A stretch of DNA of 64,000 bases from Burkholderiales bacterium (lineage in GTDB: Bacteria > Pseudomonadota > Gammaproteobacteria > Burkholderiales > SG8-41), in assembly GCA_036555615.1 (NCBI GenBank), contig DATBKZ010000048.1:2526-66525 (forward strand). The letters run 5' to 3'. The notes beneath the pieces are model-generated. The model was not told the DNA's origin. It worked only from the letters and a program-made list of their open reading frames with translations, and did not search any database. The position numbers and the translations under genes were made by a program. Positions within the stretch are counted from its first letter, which is position 1. The number at the start of each line of letters is the position of its first letter. Positions 1 to 8,278 of this stretch are shown piece by piece.

Positions 1-56
1 AGGAGACCGAGGGCCTCGATACGGTGCTGCATAACGAGAAAGGCTACAACTTGTGA
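1..56 (+). CDS. 3' end of an unidentified CDS (5' part outside window)
   Basis: Frame 3 is open from the window edge (...ETEGLDTVLHNEKGYNL). It ends in tandem stops TGA-TAA at 54-59, and a terminator-like hairpin follows. Too short to name. Confidence 0.35.
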   Translation, partial: ETEGLDTVLHNEKGYNL

Positions 57-61
57 TAAAT

Positions 62-93
62 CCGGACGCTGCGTAAGGCAGCGCCGGTTTATC
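62..93 (+). terminator. Rho-independent terminator candidate
   Basis: CCGGACGCTGC (62-72) pairs with GCAGCGCCGG (78-87), with one bulged A and loop GTAAG. TTTATCT follows, directly after the truncated CDS. Confidence 0.55.
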
Positions 94-417
94 TCCGCGC
101 GATCAACATGGACGCCCCGCGCCAGTCATCGCGCGGATGCGGACGCGGCGCGCCCGATTTGCCTGCGCGCGATCGAACGGACGTCCAAGGTACGGGAGCC
201 CCATCGCCCGCGCCCCGGTCGCCGTTCATCGCGCGTGCCGCACAGCGCATCCCATCTTGCGGATAAGCGGCCAATACGGTCGCTGCAGGCCGTTCGCGAG
301 CCATTCCGACTTCTAAGCGGAATAAAGCGGGGCTACCCGCCGTTTGCGCCGGTCAGAAGGACAGAAGATCTCGCGAGGGGACGCGAAGCTCAGCCCGTCA
401 ATTCACTGGAGGAGCAC

Positions 418-1311
418 ATGTCACGCATATCCTGCCTGCTCGCAAGCGCAACGCTGACCGCCGCATTGCTGGGTGGCCCGGCTCTCGCGCAGGCCCCGGC
501 GAAGCGCCCGCTCTTCGCCACGACCAAGGTCGAGGGAATCGACCACGTCTACGTCTTCCGCTATGGCAACCACCAGGCGATGTTCGTGGTGACCGGCGAC
601 GGCGTCATCGCCACCGACCCGATCGGCTACGGGCGCCCGCAGGCCGTGCTCACCTATCTGGACGAGATCCGCAAGGTGACGAGCGAGCCGGTCAAGTACG
701 TCGTCTACAGCCATCACCACTTCGACCACATCGCGGGCGGCAAGCCGTTCAAGGACGCGGGCGCCAAGTTCGTCGCGCACCGGCGGGCGTGGGAGCGCCT
801 GACCGCGCTGCAGGACCCACACACCGTGATCCCGGACGAGCTCGTCACCGACCACGCCACGATCCGCCTCGGCAAGGTCGCTCTCGAGCTGAGCTATCAC
901 GGGCTCAATCACTCCGACAGCACGCTCGTCATGAGGCTGCCGCGCGAAAAGCTCATCTTTCTCGTGGACACCATCCCGGTCGGGTCGGTGCCGGGCCGGG
1001 GCATGATCGACTTCTATCCCCTGGAGAGCGAGGAATTCATCAAGAAGGTGCTGGAGATGGATTGGGAGCGCATGATTCCCGGTCATCCGGGGCCCGGCGG
1101 CCGCCTCGGCACCAAGGACGACGCACGCAGTCTGCTCACGTTCCTGCAGGACGCCTCCGAGGCGGTTAAGGTCGCGGCGCGGCAGGGCCAGTGCTGGGAC
1201 AAGGTGGAAAAGGAGATGAAGCTGCCCAAGTACGAGAAATGGCCCGGCTACGCGAACAACCTGCCGTTCGTCCTGCGGCGCTACTGCATGCTGTGGGGAC
1301 GAGGCACCTGA
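418..1311 (+). CDS. MBL-fold metallo-hydrolase, secreted
   Basis: ATG at 418 is preceded by GGAGGAG (408-414). Signal peptide MSRISCLLASATLTAALLGGPALAQA. Metallo-beta-lactamase motif YSHHHFDHIAGG. The ORF-track start at 235 is a likely over-extension. Confidence 0.85.
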   Translation: MSRISCLLASATLTAALLGGPALAQAPAKRPLFATTKVEGIDHVYVFRYGNHQAMFVVTGDGVIATDPIGYGRPQAVLTYLDEIRKVTSEPVKYVVYSHHHFDHIAGGKPFKDAGAKFVAHRRAWERLTALQDPHTVIPDELVTDHATIRLGKVALELSYHGLNHSDSTLVMRLPREKLIFLVDTIPVGSVPGRGMIDFYPLESEEFIKKVLEMDWERMIPGHPGPGGRLGTKDDARSLLTFLQDASEAVKVAARQGQCWDKVEKEMKLPKYEKWPGYANNLPFVLRRYCMLWGRGT

Positions 1312-1321
1312 GGCCGAAGGC

Positions 1322-1354
1322 AGAAGAACCCCGCCGCGGCGGGGTTTCTTGTTT
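1322..1354. terminator. Bidirectional intrinsic terminator between convergent genes
   Basis: CCCCGCCG/CGGCGGGG palindrome (1329-1344), flanked by AGAAGAA upstream and TTTCTTGTTT downstream. Lies between the MBL stop (1311) and the coxE-like stop (1354). Confidence 0.7.
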
Positions 1355-2535
1355 CAGTGCGCCTTGGAGAGCAGGCGCATGCCGCGGTCGAGACCGTCCA
1401 GCGTCAAGGGAAACATCCGGTCGCCCATCAACTGACGGGTGATGCGGATCGACTCGTGATAGTCCCACACCGATTCCGGCTGCGGGTTGAGCCAGATCGC
1501 GTTCGGATAGACAGTCAACAGGCGCTGCAGCCACACCGCGCCCGCTTCCTCATTGGTGTGCTCGACGCTGCCGCCGGGATAGACGATTTCATAGGGGCTC
1601 ATGGTGGCGTCTCCCACCAGCACCACCCGGTAGTCGTGCGGATAGGTATGCAGCACGTCCCAGGTCGGCATGCGCTCCGCCGAGCGCCGCCGGTTGTCGC
1701 GCCACACCCGCTCGTAGAGATAATTGTGGAAGTAGAAGTATTCGAGGTGCTTGAACTCGGCACGCGCCGCGGAAAAGAGCTGCTCGCAGACGCGGATGTG
1801 ATCGTCCATCGAGCCCCCGACATCGAGGAACAGCAGCACCTTCACCGCGTTGTGCCGCTCGGGCACCATCTTGAGATCGAGCCAGCCCGCGTTCTTTGCC
1901 GTTGACCGGATCGTATCGTCGAGATCGAGCTCCTCCGGGGCGCCGATCCGCGCGAAGCGCCGCAGCCGGCGCAGCGCCACCTTGATGTTGCGCGTGCCGA
2001 GCTCGACCGTATCGTCGAGATTGCGGTACTCGCGCTGGTCCCAGACCTTCACCGCCCGCCGGTGGCGCGACTCCGGCTGGCCGATGCGCACCCCCTCGGG
2101 GTTGTAGCCAAAGGCGCCATACGGGCTCGTGCCGGCAGTCCCGATCCACTTGGAGCCGCCCTGGTGCCGGCCCTTCTGCTCCTCGAGCCGCTTCCGGAGC
2201 GTCTCCATGAGCTTGTCCCACCCGCCGAGCGACTCGATCAGTTTCTTCTCCTCCTCGGTCAGGACCTTCTCCGCGAGCTTCTTCAGCCATTCCTCGGGGA
2301 TCAGGATGGCGAGCGCGTCCACCTCGACGATGCCCTTGAAGTAGGCGGCGAACACGCGGTCGTAGCGGTCGTAGTACTTCTCGTCCTTCACCAGGCAGGC
2401 GCGGGCAAGCCAGTAGAACTCCTCCATGCTGCCGAATGCGACGCGCTTTGCCAGGGCCTCGATGAGCGTCAGGAACTCCTTGACCGAGACCGGGACGCCG
2501 CCCGCTTTGAGCTTCAGGAAGAATTCGATCAGCAT
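1354..2535 (-). CDS. VWA domain protein, CoxE-like
   Basis: N-terminus MLIEFFLKLKAGGVPVSVKEFLTLIEAL is typical of the CoxE family. MIDAS-type LLFLDVGGSMD. Its ATG abuts the stop of the upstream MoxR ATPase (0-nt gap). Confidence 0.85.
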   Translation of the reverse strand: MLIEFFLKLKAGGVPVSVKEFLTLIEALAKRVAFGSMEEFYWLARACLVKDEKYYDRYDRVFAAYFKGIVEVDALAILIPEEWLKKLAEKVLTEEEKKLIESLGGWDKLMETLRKRLEEQKGRHQGGSKWIGTAGTSPYGAFGYNPEGVRIGQPESRHRRAVKVWDQREYRNLDDTVELGTRNIKVALRRLRRFARIGAPEELDLDDTIRSTAKNAGWLDLKMVPERHNAVKVLLFLDVGGSMDDHIRVCEQLFSAARAEFKHLEYFYFHNYLYERVWRDNRRRSAERMPTWDVLHTYPHDYRVVLVGDATMSPYEIVYPGGSVEHTNEEAGAVWLQRLLTVYPNAIWLNPQPESVWDYHESIRITRQLMGDRMFPLTLDGLDRGMRLLSKAH

Positions 2536-3384
2536 CTAGGTTGTCTTGCGCCGCGACATGAAGACCAGCCGCTCGAAGAGGTGCACGTCCTGCTCGTTCT
2601 TGAGCAGCGCCCCGTGCAGTGGCGGGATGATCTTGTGGGTGTCCTGGCTGTGCAGCGCCTCGGGCGGGATGTCCTCCGCCATGAGCAGCTTCAGCCAGTC
2701 GAGGAGCTCGGAGGTCGAGGGCTTCTTCTTCAGCCCCGGCACCTCGCGCATCTCGAAGAACGCACCGAGCGCCTCGCGCAGAAGCTGCTTCTTGATGTCC
2801 GGATGATGCACGCGGACGATGCGCTCCATCGTGTCGTGGTCGGGAAAGCGGATGTAGTGGAAGAAGCAGCGGCGCAGGAACGCGTCCGGCAGCTCCTTCT
2901 CGTTGTTGCTGGTAATTACCACCAGCGGCCGGTGCGTCGCCCTGACCAGCTCCTGCGTCTCGTAGACGTAGAACTCCATGCGGTCGAGCTCGCGCAGAAG
3001 ATCGTTCGGGAACTCGATGTCGGCCTTGTCCACCTCGTCGATCAGCAGCACCGCGGGCGCGTCGGAAACGAAGGCGCTCCACAGCATGCCGCGCACGATG
3101 TAATTGCGGATGTCGTGCACCCGCGCATCGCCCAGCTGCGAGTCGCGCAGCCGCGACACCGCGTCGTACTCGTAGAGACCGTGCTGGGCCTTGGTGGTGG
3201 ACTTGATGTGCCACTCGAAGAGCGGCCGCCCGATCGCCCGGGCGATCTCGATCGCCAGCATGGTCTTGCCGGTGCCGGGCTCGCCCTTCACCAGCAGCGG
3301 GCGCTCGAGCGTGAGGGCGGCGTTGACCGCCATCATCAGGTCATCGGTCGCGATATAGGTATCGGTGCCCTCGAATCGCTTCAT
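2536..3384 (-). CDS. MoxR-family AAA+ ATPase, CoxD-like
   Basis: Walker A GEPGTGKT, Walker B LLIDEVDK. Size of 282 aa and pairing with a CoxE-like VWA gene fit the family. Confidence 0.9.
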   Translation of the reverse strand: MKRFEGTDTYIATDDLMMAVNAALTLERPLLVKGEPGTGKTMLAIEIARAIGRPLFEWHIKSTTKAQHGLYEYDAVSRLRDSQLGDARVHDIRNYIVRGMLWSAFVSDAPAVLLIDEVDKADIEFPNDLLRELDRMEFYVYETQELVRATHRPLVVITSNNEKELPDAFLRRCFFHYIRFPDHDTMERIVRVHHPDIKKQLLREALGAFFEMREVPGLKKKPSTSELLDWLKLLMAEDIPPEALHSQDTHKIIPPLHGALLKNEQDVHLFERLVFMSRRKTT

Positions 3385-3411
3385 TTCATTTCACCGTTCA
3401 CGAGCCATATC

Positions 3412-3465
3412 TCCCTCATCCCTCATCCCTCATCCCTCATCCCTCATCCCTCATCCCTCATCCCT
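3412..3465. repeat. Perfect heptanucleotide tandem repeat (CCCTCAT)x7 plus a partial unit; (GGGATGA)n on the minus strand
   Basis: Units at 3413-3419, 3420-3426, 3427-3433, 3434-3440, 3441-3447, 3448-3454 and 3455-3461, then CCCT. Lies in the 117-nt spacer between the MFS stop (3502) and the coxD-like ATG (3384). Confidence 0.97.
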
Positions 3466-3501
3466 GCTTTCAGTCGAGTCTCGCACCCGCCCCCTCGACC
3501 G

Positions 3502-4683
3502 TCAAGAAACGCTCGGCCTTCGCCGCAGCAACAACAGGAGCAGGGCCAGAACGGAAAACACGGCGCCGGCGTAGAAGGTGACCGAGGCGCCGAGCTCGTC
3601 CCACAGCAGGCCGGCGAGAACGCTCGCGATCAGCATCGCAACGCCGCTCACCAGGTTGAAGAAGCCGAATGCTGTGCCCCGCAAATGCGCAGGTGCGGCG
3701 CCGGCGACCATGGCCGCGAGCAGGCCCTGCGTCATCCCCATGTGCAATCCCCACAGGGCCACGCCCGCCCCGACTGCAGCGAGCCCTCCTGCCATCGCGA
3801 GCACGATGTCGGCGAGAACCAGCAACGCAAGTCCAGCGGCGAGCAGCTTCTCGTGGCTGATGCGGTCGGCAAGGCGGCCCGCCGGATAGGCCGACGCCGC
3901 GTAGACGACGTTCATGATCACCAGCACGAGCGGCGCAAAGCTCGCGGCAAGCCCGAGCTGCTGCGCCCGCAGGATGAGGAAGGCTTCGCTGAAGCGGGCG
4001 AGTGTGAATATGCCGCCCGCGGCGACGATCCACCAATAGGCGCTGCTGAACTCGCTCAAGCTCCGCCAGTGCACCGGAGAGGTCGGGCGGACGCGCACTG
4101 TCTCGGAAGGTGGCTCCCGCACGCCGAACAGCAGGATAAGCACGGACAGCACTGCGGGTATGACGGCAAACCAGAACACCGCGCGAAAGTCCCCTGCCCA
4201 TAGCACCATGAGACCGATCGCGAGCAGCGGCCCGACGAACGCGCCGGCGGTATCGAGCGACTGGCGGAGTCCGTATGCCGCGCCCCGAATTTCCGGCGGC
4301 GTCAAGTCGGCGATCAGCGCGTCGCGCGGCGCCCCGCGTATGCCCTTGCCGATGCGGTCCATGAAGCGCGCAACGAACACCCAGTGCACGGCGAGCGCGA
4401 GCGCGAAGAGCGGCTTGGAAAGGGCGCCCAGGCCGTAGCCGAGAACCGTGAGGCCCTTGCGCCTGCCGAGCCAGTCGCTGATCGTCCCCGAGAACACGCG
4501 CACGATCAGGGCGGTCGCCTCTGCCACGCCTTCGACGACGCCGATCATCAGCGCGGTTGCGCCGAGACTCACGACCATGAATACCGGCAGCAGGCTGTGG
4601 ATCAGCTCGGAGGACACATCCATGAACAGGCTGACGAACCCCAGCATCCACACGCCGCGTGGAATTTCGGTGGAGGCGCGCAC
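3502..4683 (-). CDS. MFS transporter
   Basis: Multi-TM sequence. The conserved N-terminal stretch IPRGVWMLGFVSLFMDVSSELIHSLLPVF requires a start upstream of the ATG at 4647. GTG at 4683 is the only in-frame candidate after the upstream stop at 4692. Confidence 0.8.
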   Translation of the reverse strand: MRASTEIPRGVWMLGFVSLFMDVSSELIHSLLPVFMVVSLGATALMIGVVEGVAEATALIVRVFSGTISDWLGRRKGLTVLGYGLGALSKPLFALALAVHWVFVARFMDRIGKGIRGAPRDALIADLTPPEIRGAAYGLRQSLDTAGAFVGPLLAIGLMVLWAGDFRAVFWFAVIPAVLSVLILLFGVREPPSETVRVRPTSPVHWRSLSEFSSAYWWIVAAGGIFTLARFSEAFLILRAQQLGLAASFAPLVLVIMNVVYAASAYPAGRLADRISHEKLLAAGLALLVLADIVLAMAGGLAAVGAGVALWGLHMGMTQGLLAAMVAGAAPAHLRGTAFGFFNLVSGVAMLIASVLAGLLWDELGASVTFYAGAVFSVLALLLLLLRRRPSVS

Positions 4684-4691
4684 AGGTGGCT

Positions 4692-5273
4692 TCAACCTGC
4701 GAGATCGGTCTTGCGATCGATGTCGACGAGGATTCCCGGATCGTCGCACTCGACGAGCTGAACCGCGTCGCGGTGGCGCTCCAGCAGGGCGCGTGCGCCC
4801 TGGTCGCCGTCGAGCGCAAGCAACTCTTCGCGCAGCGGGGCGCCGAATCCGACGGGATGGCCGCGTTCTCCCTTGTAAGCCGGCGCGGCGATCAGTGCTC
4901 CCTGTTGCAGCGCTGAGATGACGGACTTGACGGTCGCGGGCTGGATCCGCGGCATGTCCGCGAGCGCAACTACCCAGCCGTCCGCCCCGCGCGCCTGGGC
5001 CACGCCGTGCGCAAGACTCGCCCCCATGCCCCGCTCCGCCCCCTGGAACATTGTGACCTGGCAACCCTCCTGCTCCAGCATGTCATAGAGCGGGAAATCG
5101 CCCCAGCGCACCACCGCTATCACGTCCGGGGTCGCCGCGAGGAGGTTGCGCGCGGCGTGCGCTGCGATCGCCACCCCGTCGTCCAAAGGGTGCAGGAGCT
5201 TCTCGCCGCCGAACCGCGTCCCAGCTCCGGCAGCCAGAAGGATCGCGGCAATGACTTTCTGCCCGGCCGCCAT
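4692..5273 (-). CDS. MobA/MocA-like nucleotidyltransferase (molybdenum cofactor cytidylyl/guanylyl-transferase family)
   Basis: N-terminal AAILLAAGAGTRFGGEKLL nucleotide-binding loop, ~190 aa. Divergent from the Moco enzyme genes. Confidence 0.8.
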   Translation of the reverse strand: MAAGQKVIAAILLAAGAGTRFGGEKLLHPLDDGVAIAAHAARNLLAATPDVIAVVRWGDFPLYDMLEQEGCQVTMFQGAERGMGASLAHGVAQARGADGWVVALADMPRIQPATVKSVISALQQGALIAAPAYKGERGHPVGFGAPLREELLALDGDQGARALLERHRDAVQLVECDDPGILVDIDRKTDLAG

Positions 5274-5319
5274 ATTGCCGCCGATTATAGCGGCACTGCC
5301 GCAGCCGGCCGTGACCCGA

Positions 5320-5349
5320 TTGACATGATCCGAGCCGCGGCGCTAGTGT
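5320..5349 (+). promoter_or_regulatory. Candidate sigma70-type promoter for the iorAB-like genes
   Basis: TTGACA (5320-5325), 18 nt, TAGTGT (5344-5349), in the divergent spacer. The -10 element is weak. By eye only. Confidence 0.25.
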
Positions 5350-5377
5350 TGACGGCGGAATATCCCTCACCCCTTCC

Positions 5378-5398
5378 CCCTCTCCCGAGCCGGGAGGG
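5378..5398. repeat. Short GC-rich hairpin (C/G-tract REP-like family)
   Basis: CCCTCTCCCG-AGC-CGGGAGGG, in the 5' leader of the iorA-like gene. Confidence 0.5.
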
Positions 5399-5460
5399 AC
5401 AATGGACGGCAGAAATGGAGTATCAACCATTTCCGAAGGATTCGATTGGAGGAGATCGCC

Positions 5461-5928
5461 ATGACACAAAAGTTCAGTCTTGTCGTCGACGGCAAGACGG
5501 CAACCGTTGATGCCGACCCCGCAATGCCCCTGCTCTACGCGCTCCATGCGGAGCTCGGCCTCAACAATCCCAAGTTCGGCTGCGGCAAGGCCCAGTGCGG
5601 TGCCTGCACCGTGCACCTCGATGGCGCCCCGGTGCGCTCGTGCGTCATGCCGGTGAGCGCCGCCGCAGGCAAGCGCATCACCACGCTTGCCGGGCTGGGG
5701 ACGCCTGATAGTCCACATCCGCTGCAGACAGCCTACATTGCCGAGCAGGTGCCGCAATGCGGCTACTGCCTGTCGGGCTGGATCATGACCGCGGCAGCGT
5801 TGCTCAAGAACCATCCGAAGCCGAGTGATGCCGAGATCCGGGAGGCCATGGCCGGCATCAAGTGCCGTTGCGGCACGCATATGGCGATCATGCGCGCGAT
5901 CAAGCGCGCGGCGCAGGCGATGGCGTAG
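5461..5928 (+). CDS. (2Fe-2S)-binding small subunit of IorAB/aldehyde-oxidase-type molybdo-hydroxylase
   Basis: ATG at 5461 follows GGAGGAG. Cluster motifs GCGKAQCGACTV and QCGYCLSGWIM. Confidence 0.9.
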   Translation: MTQKFSLVVDGKTATVDADPAMPLLYALHAELGLNNPKFGCGKAQCGACTVHLDGAPVRSCVMPVSAAAGKRITTLAGLGTPDSPHPLQTAYIAEQVPQCGYCLSGWIMTAAALLKNHPKPSDAEIREAMAGIKCRCGTHMAIMRAIKRAAQAMA

Positions 5929-5937
5929 GAGGCTACG

Positions 5938-8217
5938 ATGAATCCAGTGACCCGTCGCGATTTTCTCAAGGCCGCCGGCTCGCTCGTCGTGAGCATCACG
6001 ATTCCCGGCGCCGTATCCAGTGCACTCGGCCAGGGCATATCGTCTGTCGCCACGCTCGGCGGCAAGCCCCCGCTGGTGCCCGACCAGCTCGATTCGTGGA
6101 TCGCGATTCTGTCCGATGGCAGCGTCACCGCCTTCTTTGGCAAGATGGATATGGGCCAGGGCGTGGACGTCGCGATCGCGCAGATCGTGGCGGAGGAGCT
6201 CGACGTCGCCTTCGAAAAAGTGAACGTCGTCATGGGCGACACCGCCTTTACCTGCAACCAGGGCGGCGCCTCCGGCAGCACCGGCATCCAGAGAGGCGGC
6301 GTAACCCTGCGTAATGCCGCAGCGGAAGCCCGCCGCATCCTGCTCGAGCGCGCATCGAAAAGGCTCGAGGTCCCGGTCGATCAGCTCGTCGTGGAGGACG
6401 GCGTGGTCCGGGATCCCCGCTACGGATTGGCGAGCGTGAGCTACGGCGAGCTGGTCGGCGGCCAGCACCTCCACCACAAGCTCGAGTGGAACAAGCGTTA
6501 CGGCAACGCGCTTGCCCTCAAGGTGCGGGCGCAACCGAAGGACCCCTCGCAGCACAAGATCGTCGGTAGGTCGTTCCCGCAGAAGATCGTCGCCGAGAAG
6601 GTGTACGGGCGCGCTGAGTTCATCACCGACGTCAAGATCGAGGGGATGCTGCACGGGCGGATCGTCCGGCCGCCCAATGCAGGCTGCTCGCCGGTGTCCG
6701 TCGACGAGGGCTCGATCCGGAGTATTCCGGGCGCACGCGTTGTGCGCGAGAAGGACTTTCTCGCGGTGGTGGCCGAGCGCGAGTGGGATGCGGTACGCGC
6801 AGCCGAAACCCTCAAGGTCACCTGGACGCCGCAGTGCGCGCCCTACCCGCCCATGGAAAAGCTCCACCAGCACATCCGCGAAGCGAAACCCAACGGAAAG
6901 GGAATGCCGGTTAATCGGGGCGACGTGGAGGCGGCGCTGAAAGGCGCGAGCCGCATCGTGCAGGCGGAGTACGAGTGGCCGCTGCAGTCGCATGCGAGCA
7001 TGGGTCCCGCGTGCGCGATTGCCGACGTGAGGAAGGGCGAGGCGCGGCTGTGGACCGGCACGCAGAAACCCCACTTCGCGCGCGACGGGGTGGCAAGGAT
7101 CGCGGGGATTCCGGTCGACAAGGTGCGCGCGACGTGGGTCATGGGTCCGGGATCCTACGGCCGCAATGACGCTGGTGATGCGGCACATGACGCCGCGCTG
7201 CTGTCGAAGCTGACCGGCCGGCCGGTGCGCGTCCAGTACATGCGGCACGAAGGCACGGGCTGGGATCCCAAGGGTCCCGCCGCCGTATTCCGCGGCAAGG
7301 CCGGCCTCGATGCGGCGGGCAACGTCGTGGCCTACGAGTTCTACGGAAAAGGATTCACGCGCCAGGAAGTGGCGACCAACGAGTCCAACCCCAAGGACAC
7401 GCTCGCCGGGCAGCTGACCGGCTGGAAGCCCAAAGCCAACATCATCTTCCAGCACCCGGCGGAAGTGTACGGATTCGAGAACAAGCGCTGCTGGTGGGAG
7501 ACGATTCCGACGCTGCTCGAGCGCGGGTCGCCGCTGCGCGTGAGCCACCTGCGCGACCCCCTCGGACCGGAGCTTCATTTCGCCAGCGAGTCATTCATCG
7601 ATGAAGTCGCGCTGGCGGCAGGTGCCGACCCGGTCGCGTTCCGGCTGCGCCATCTCGCGCACGATGCGCGTCATTCGGCGGTCGTGAAGGCGGCCGCGGA
7701 GAAGGCGCGATGGAAGGCCCGACCCAATCCCAACCGCGGCCGGGGCGACGTCATGACCGGACGCGGCATCTCCTACACGGAGCGGAACGGCACCATCGTC
7801 GCCATGATTGCTGAGGTCGAAGTGGACCGCCGCAGCGGACGCGTGTGGGCGAAGAAATTCACTGTCGCGCACGATTGCGGGCAGATCATCAATCCGGAGG
7901 GGCTCAAGCTCACCATCGAGGGCAATATCGTGATGGCACTCTCGCGCACGCTCTTCGAGGAAGTGCTCTTCACGCAAAACAACGTCGCGAGCGTAGACTG
8001 GGCGACCTACCCGATCCTGGAGATGGCCGACGCTCCGGAAGCGATCGACATCGCGCTCATCAACCGGCCCGAGATGGCGCCGCAGGGCGCCGGCGAGCCG
8101 TCGACGCGCACGGTGCCGGCGGCGGTAGCGAACGCGATCTTCGACGCAACCGGCGTGCGCGTGCGCAAGGTGCCGATCACGCCGGAGCGCATGAAGGCCG
8201 CTCTCGCCCGCGCCTAG
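5938..8217 (+). CDS. Molybdopterin-binding large subunit, xanthine dehydrogenase/IorB family, Tat-exported
   Basis: Twin-arginine signal MNPVTRRDFLKAAGSLVV. 759 aa. Follows the 2Fe-2S subunit by 9 nt, with a TAGGAGG RBS. Confidence 0.9.
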   Translation: MNPVTRRDFLKAAGSLVVSITIPGAVSSALGQGISSVATLGGKPPLVPDQLDSWIAILSDGSVTAFFGKMDMGQGVDVAIAQIVAEELDVAFEKVNVVMGDTAFTCNQGGASGSTGIQRGGVTLRNAAAEARRILLERASKRLEVPVDQLVVEDGVVRDPRYGLASVSYGELVGGQHLHHKLEWNKRYGNALALKVRAQPKDPSQHKIVGRSFPQKIVAEKVYGRAEFITDVKIEGMLHGRIVRPPNAGCSPVSVDEGSIRSIPGARVVREKDFLAVVAEREWDAVRAAETLKVTWTPQCAPYPPMEKLHQHIREAKPNGKGMPVNRGDVEAALKGASRIVQAEYEWPLQSHASMGPACAIADVRKGEARLWTGTQKPHFARDGVARIAGIPVDKVRATWVMGPGSYGRNDAGDAAHDAALLSKLTGRPVRVQYMRHEGTGWDPKGPAAVFRGKAGLDAAGNVVAYEFYGKGFTRQEVATNESNPKDTLAGQLTGWKPKANIIFQHPAEVYGFENKRCWWETIPTLLERGSPLRVSHLRDPLGPELHFASESFIDEVALAAGADPVAFRLRHLAHDARHSAVVKAAAEKARWKARPNPNRGRGDVMTGRGISYTERNGTIVAMIAEVEVDRRSGRVWAKKFTVAHDCGQIINPEGLKLTIEGNIVMALSRTLFEEVLFTQNNVASVDWATYPILEMADAPEAIDIALINRPEMAPQGAGEPSTRTVPAAVANAIFDATGVRVRKVPITPERMKAALARA

Positions 8218-8242
8218 GCGAACGATCGGCCACGGCCCTCTC

Positions 8243-8268
8243 GTCATTCCCGCGGAGGCGGGAATCCA
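8243..8268. repeat. REP-type palindromic element (GTCATTCCCGCG-N-AGGCGGGAATC family), copy 1
   Basis: ATTCCCGC (8246-8253) pairs with GCGGGAAT (8258-8265), loop GGAG. Related copies at 23115-23142 and 31609-31634. Confidence 0.8.
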
Positions 8269-8278
8269 GGTAATTGCC

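Noticed and set aside
3412-3465. Heptamer array as a CRISPR array
   Set aside because: The units are 7 nt, contiguous and without spacers, and there are no cas genes. It is a microsatellite, not a CRISPR.
2062-4203. 713-aa + strand ORF across the coxE/coxD-like genes, the heptamer array and the MFS gene
   Set aside because: It reads straight through the heptamer repeat (giving SLIPHPSSLIPHP...) and is antisense to three motif-supported genes, so it is a shadow ORF.
5083-7578. 831-aa ORF on the minus strand, antisense to the iorA/iorB-like genes
   Set aside because: Fully overlapped by two well-supported genes. The translation is Arg/Ala/Gly/Pro/His-rich with no recognisable motif. This is a typical GC-rich shadow ORF.
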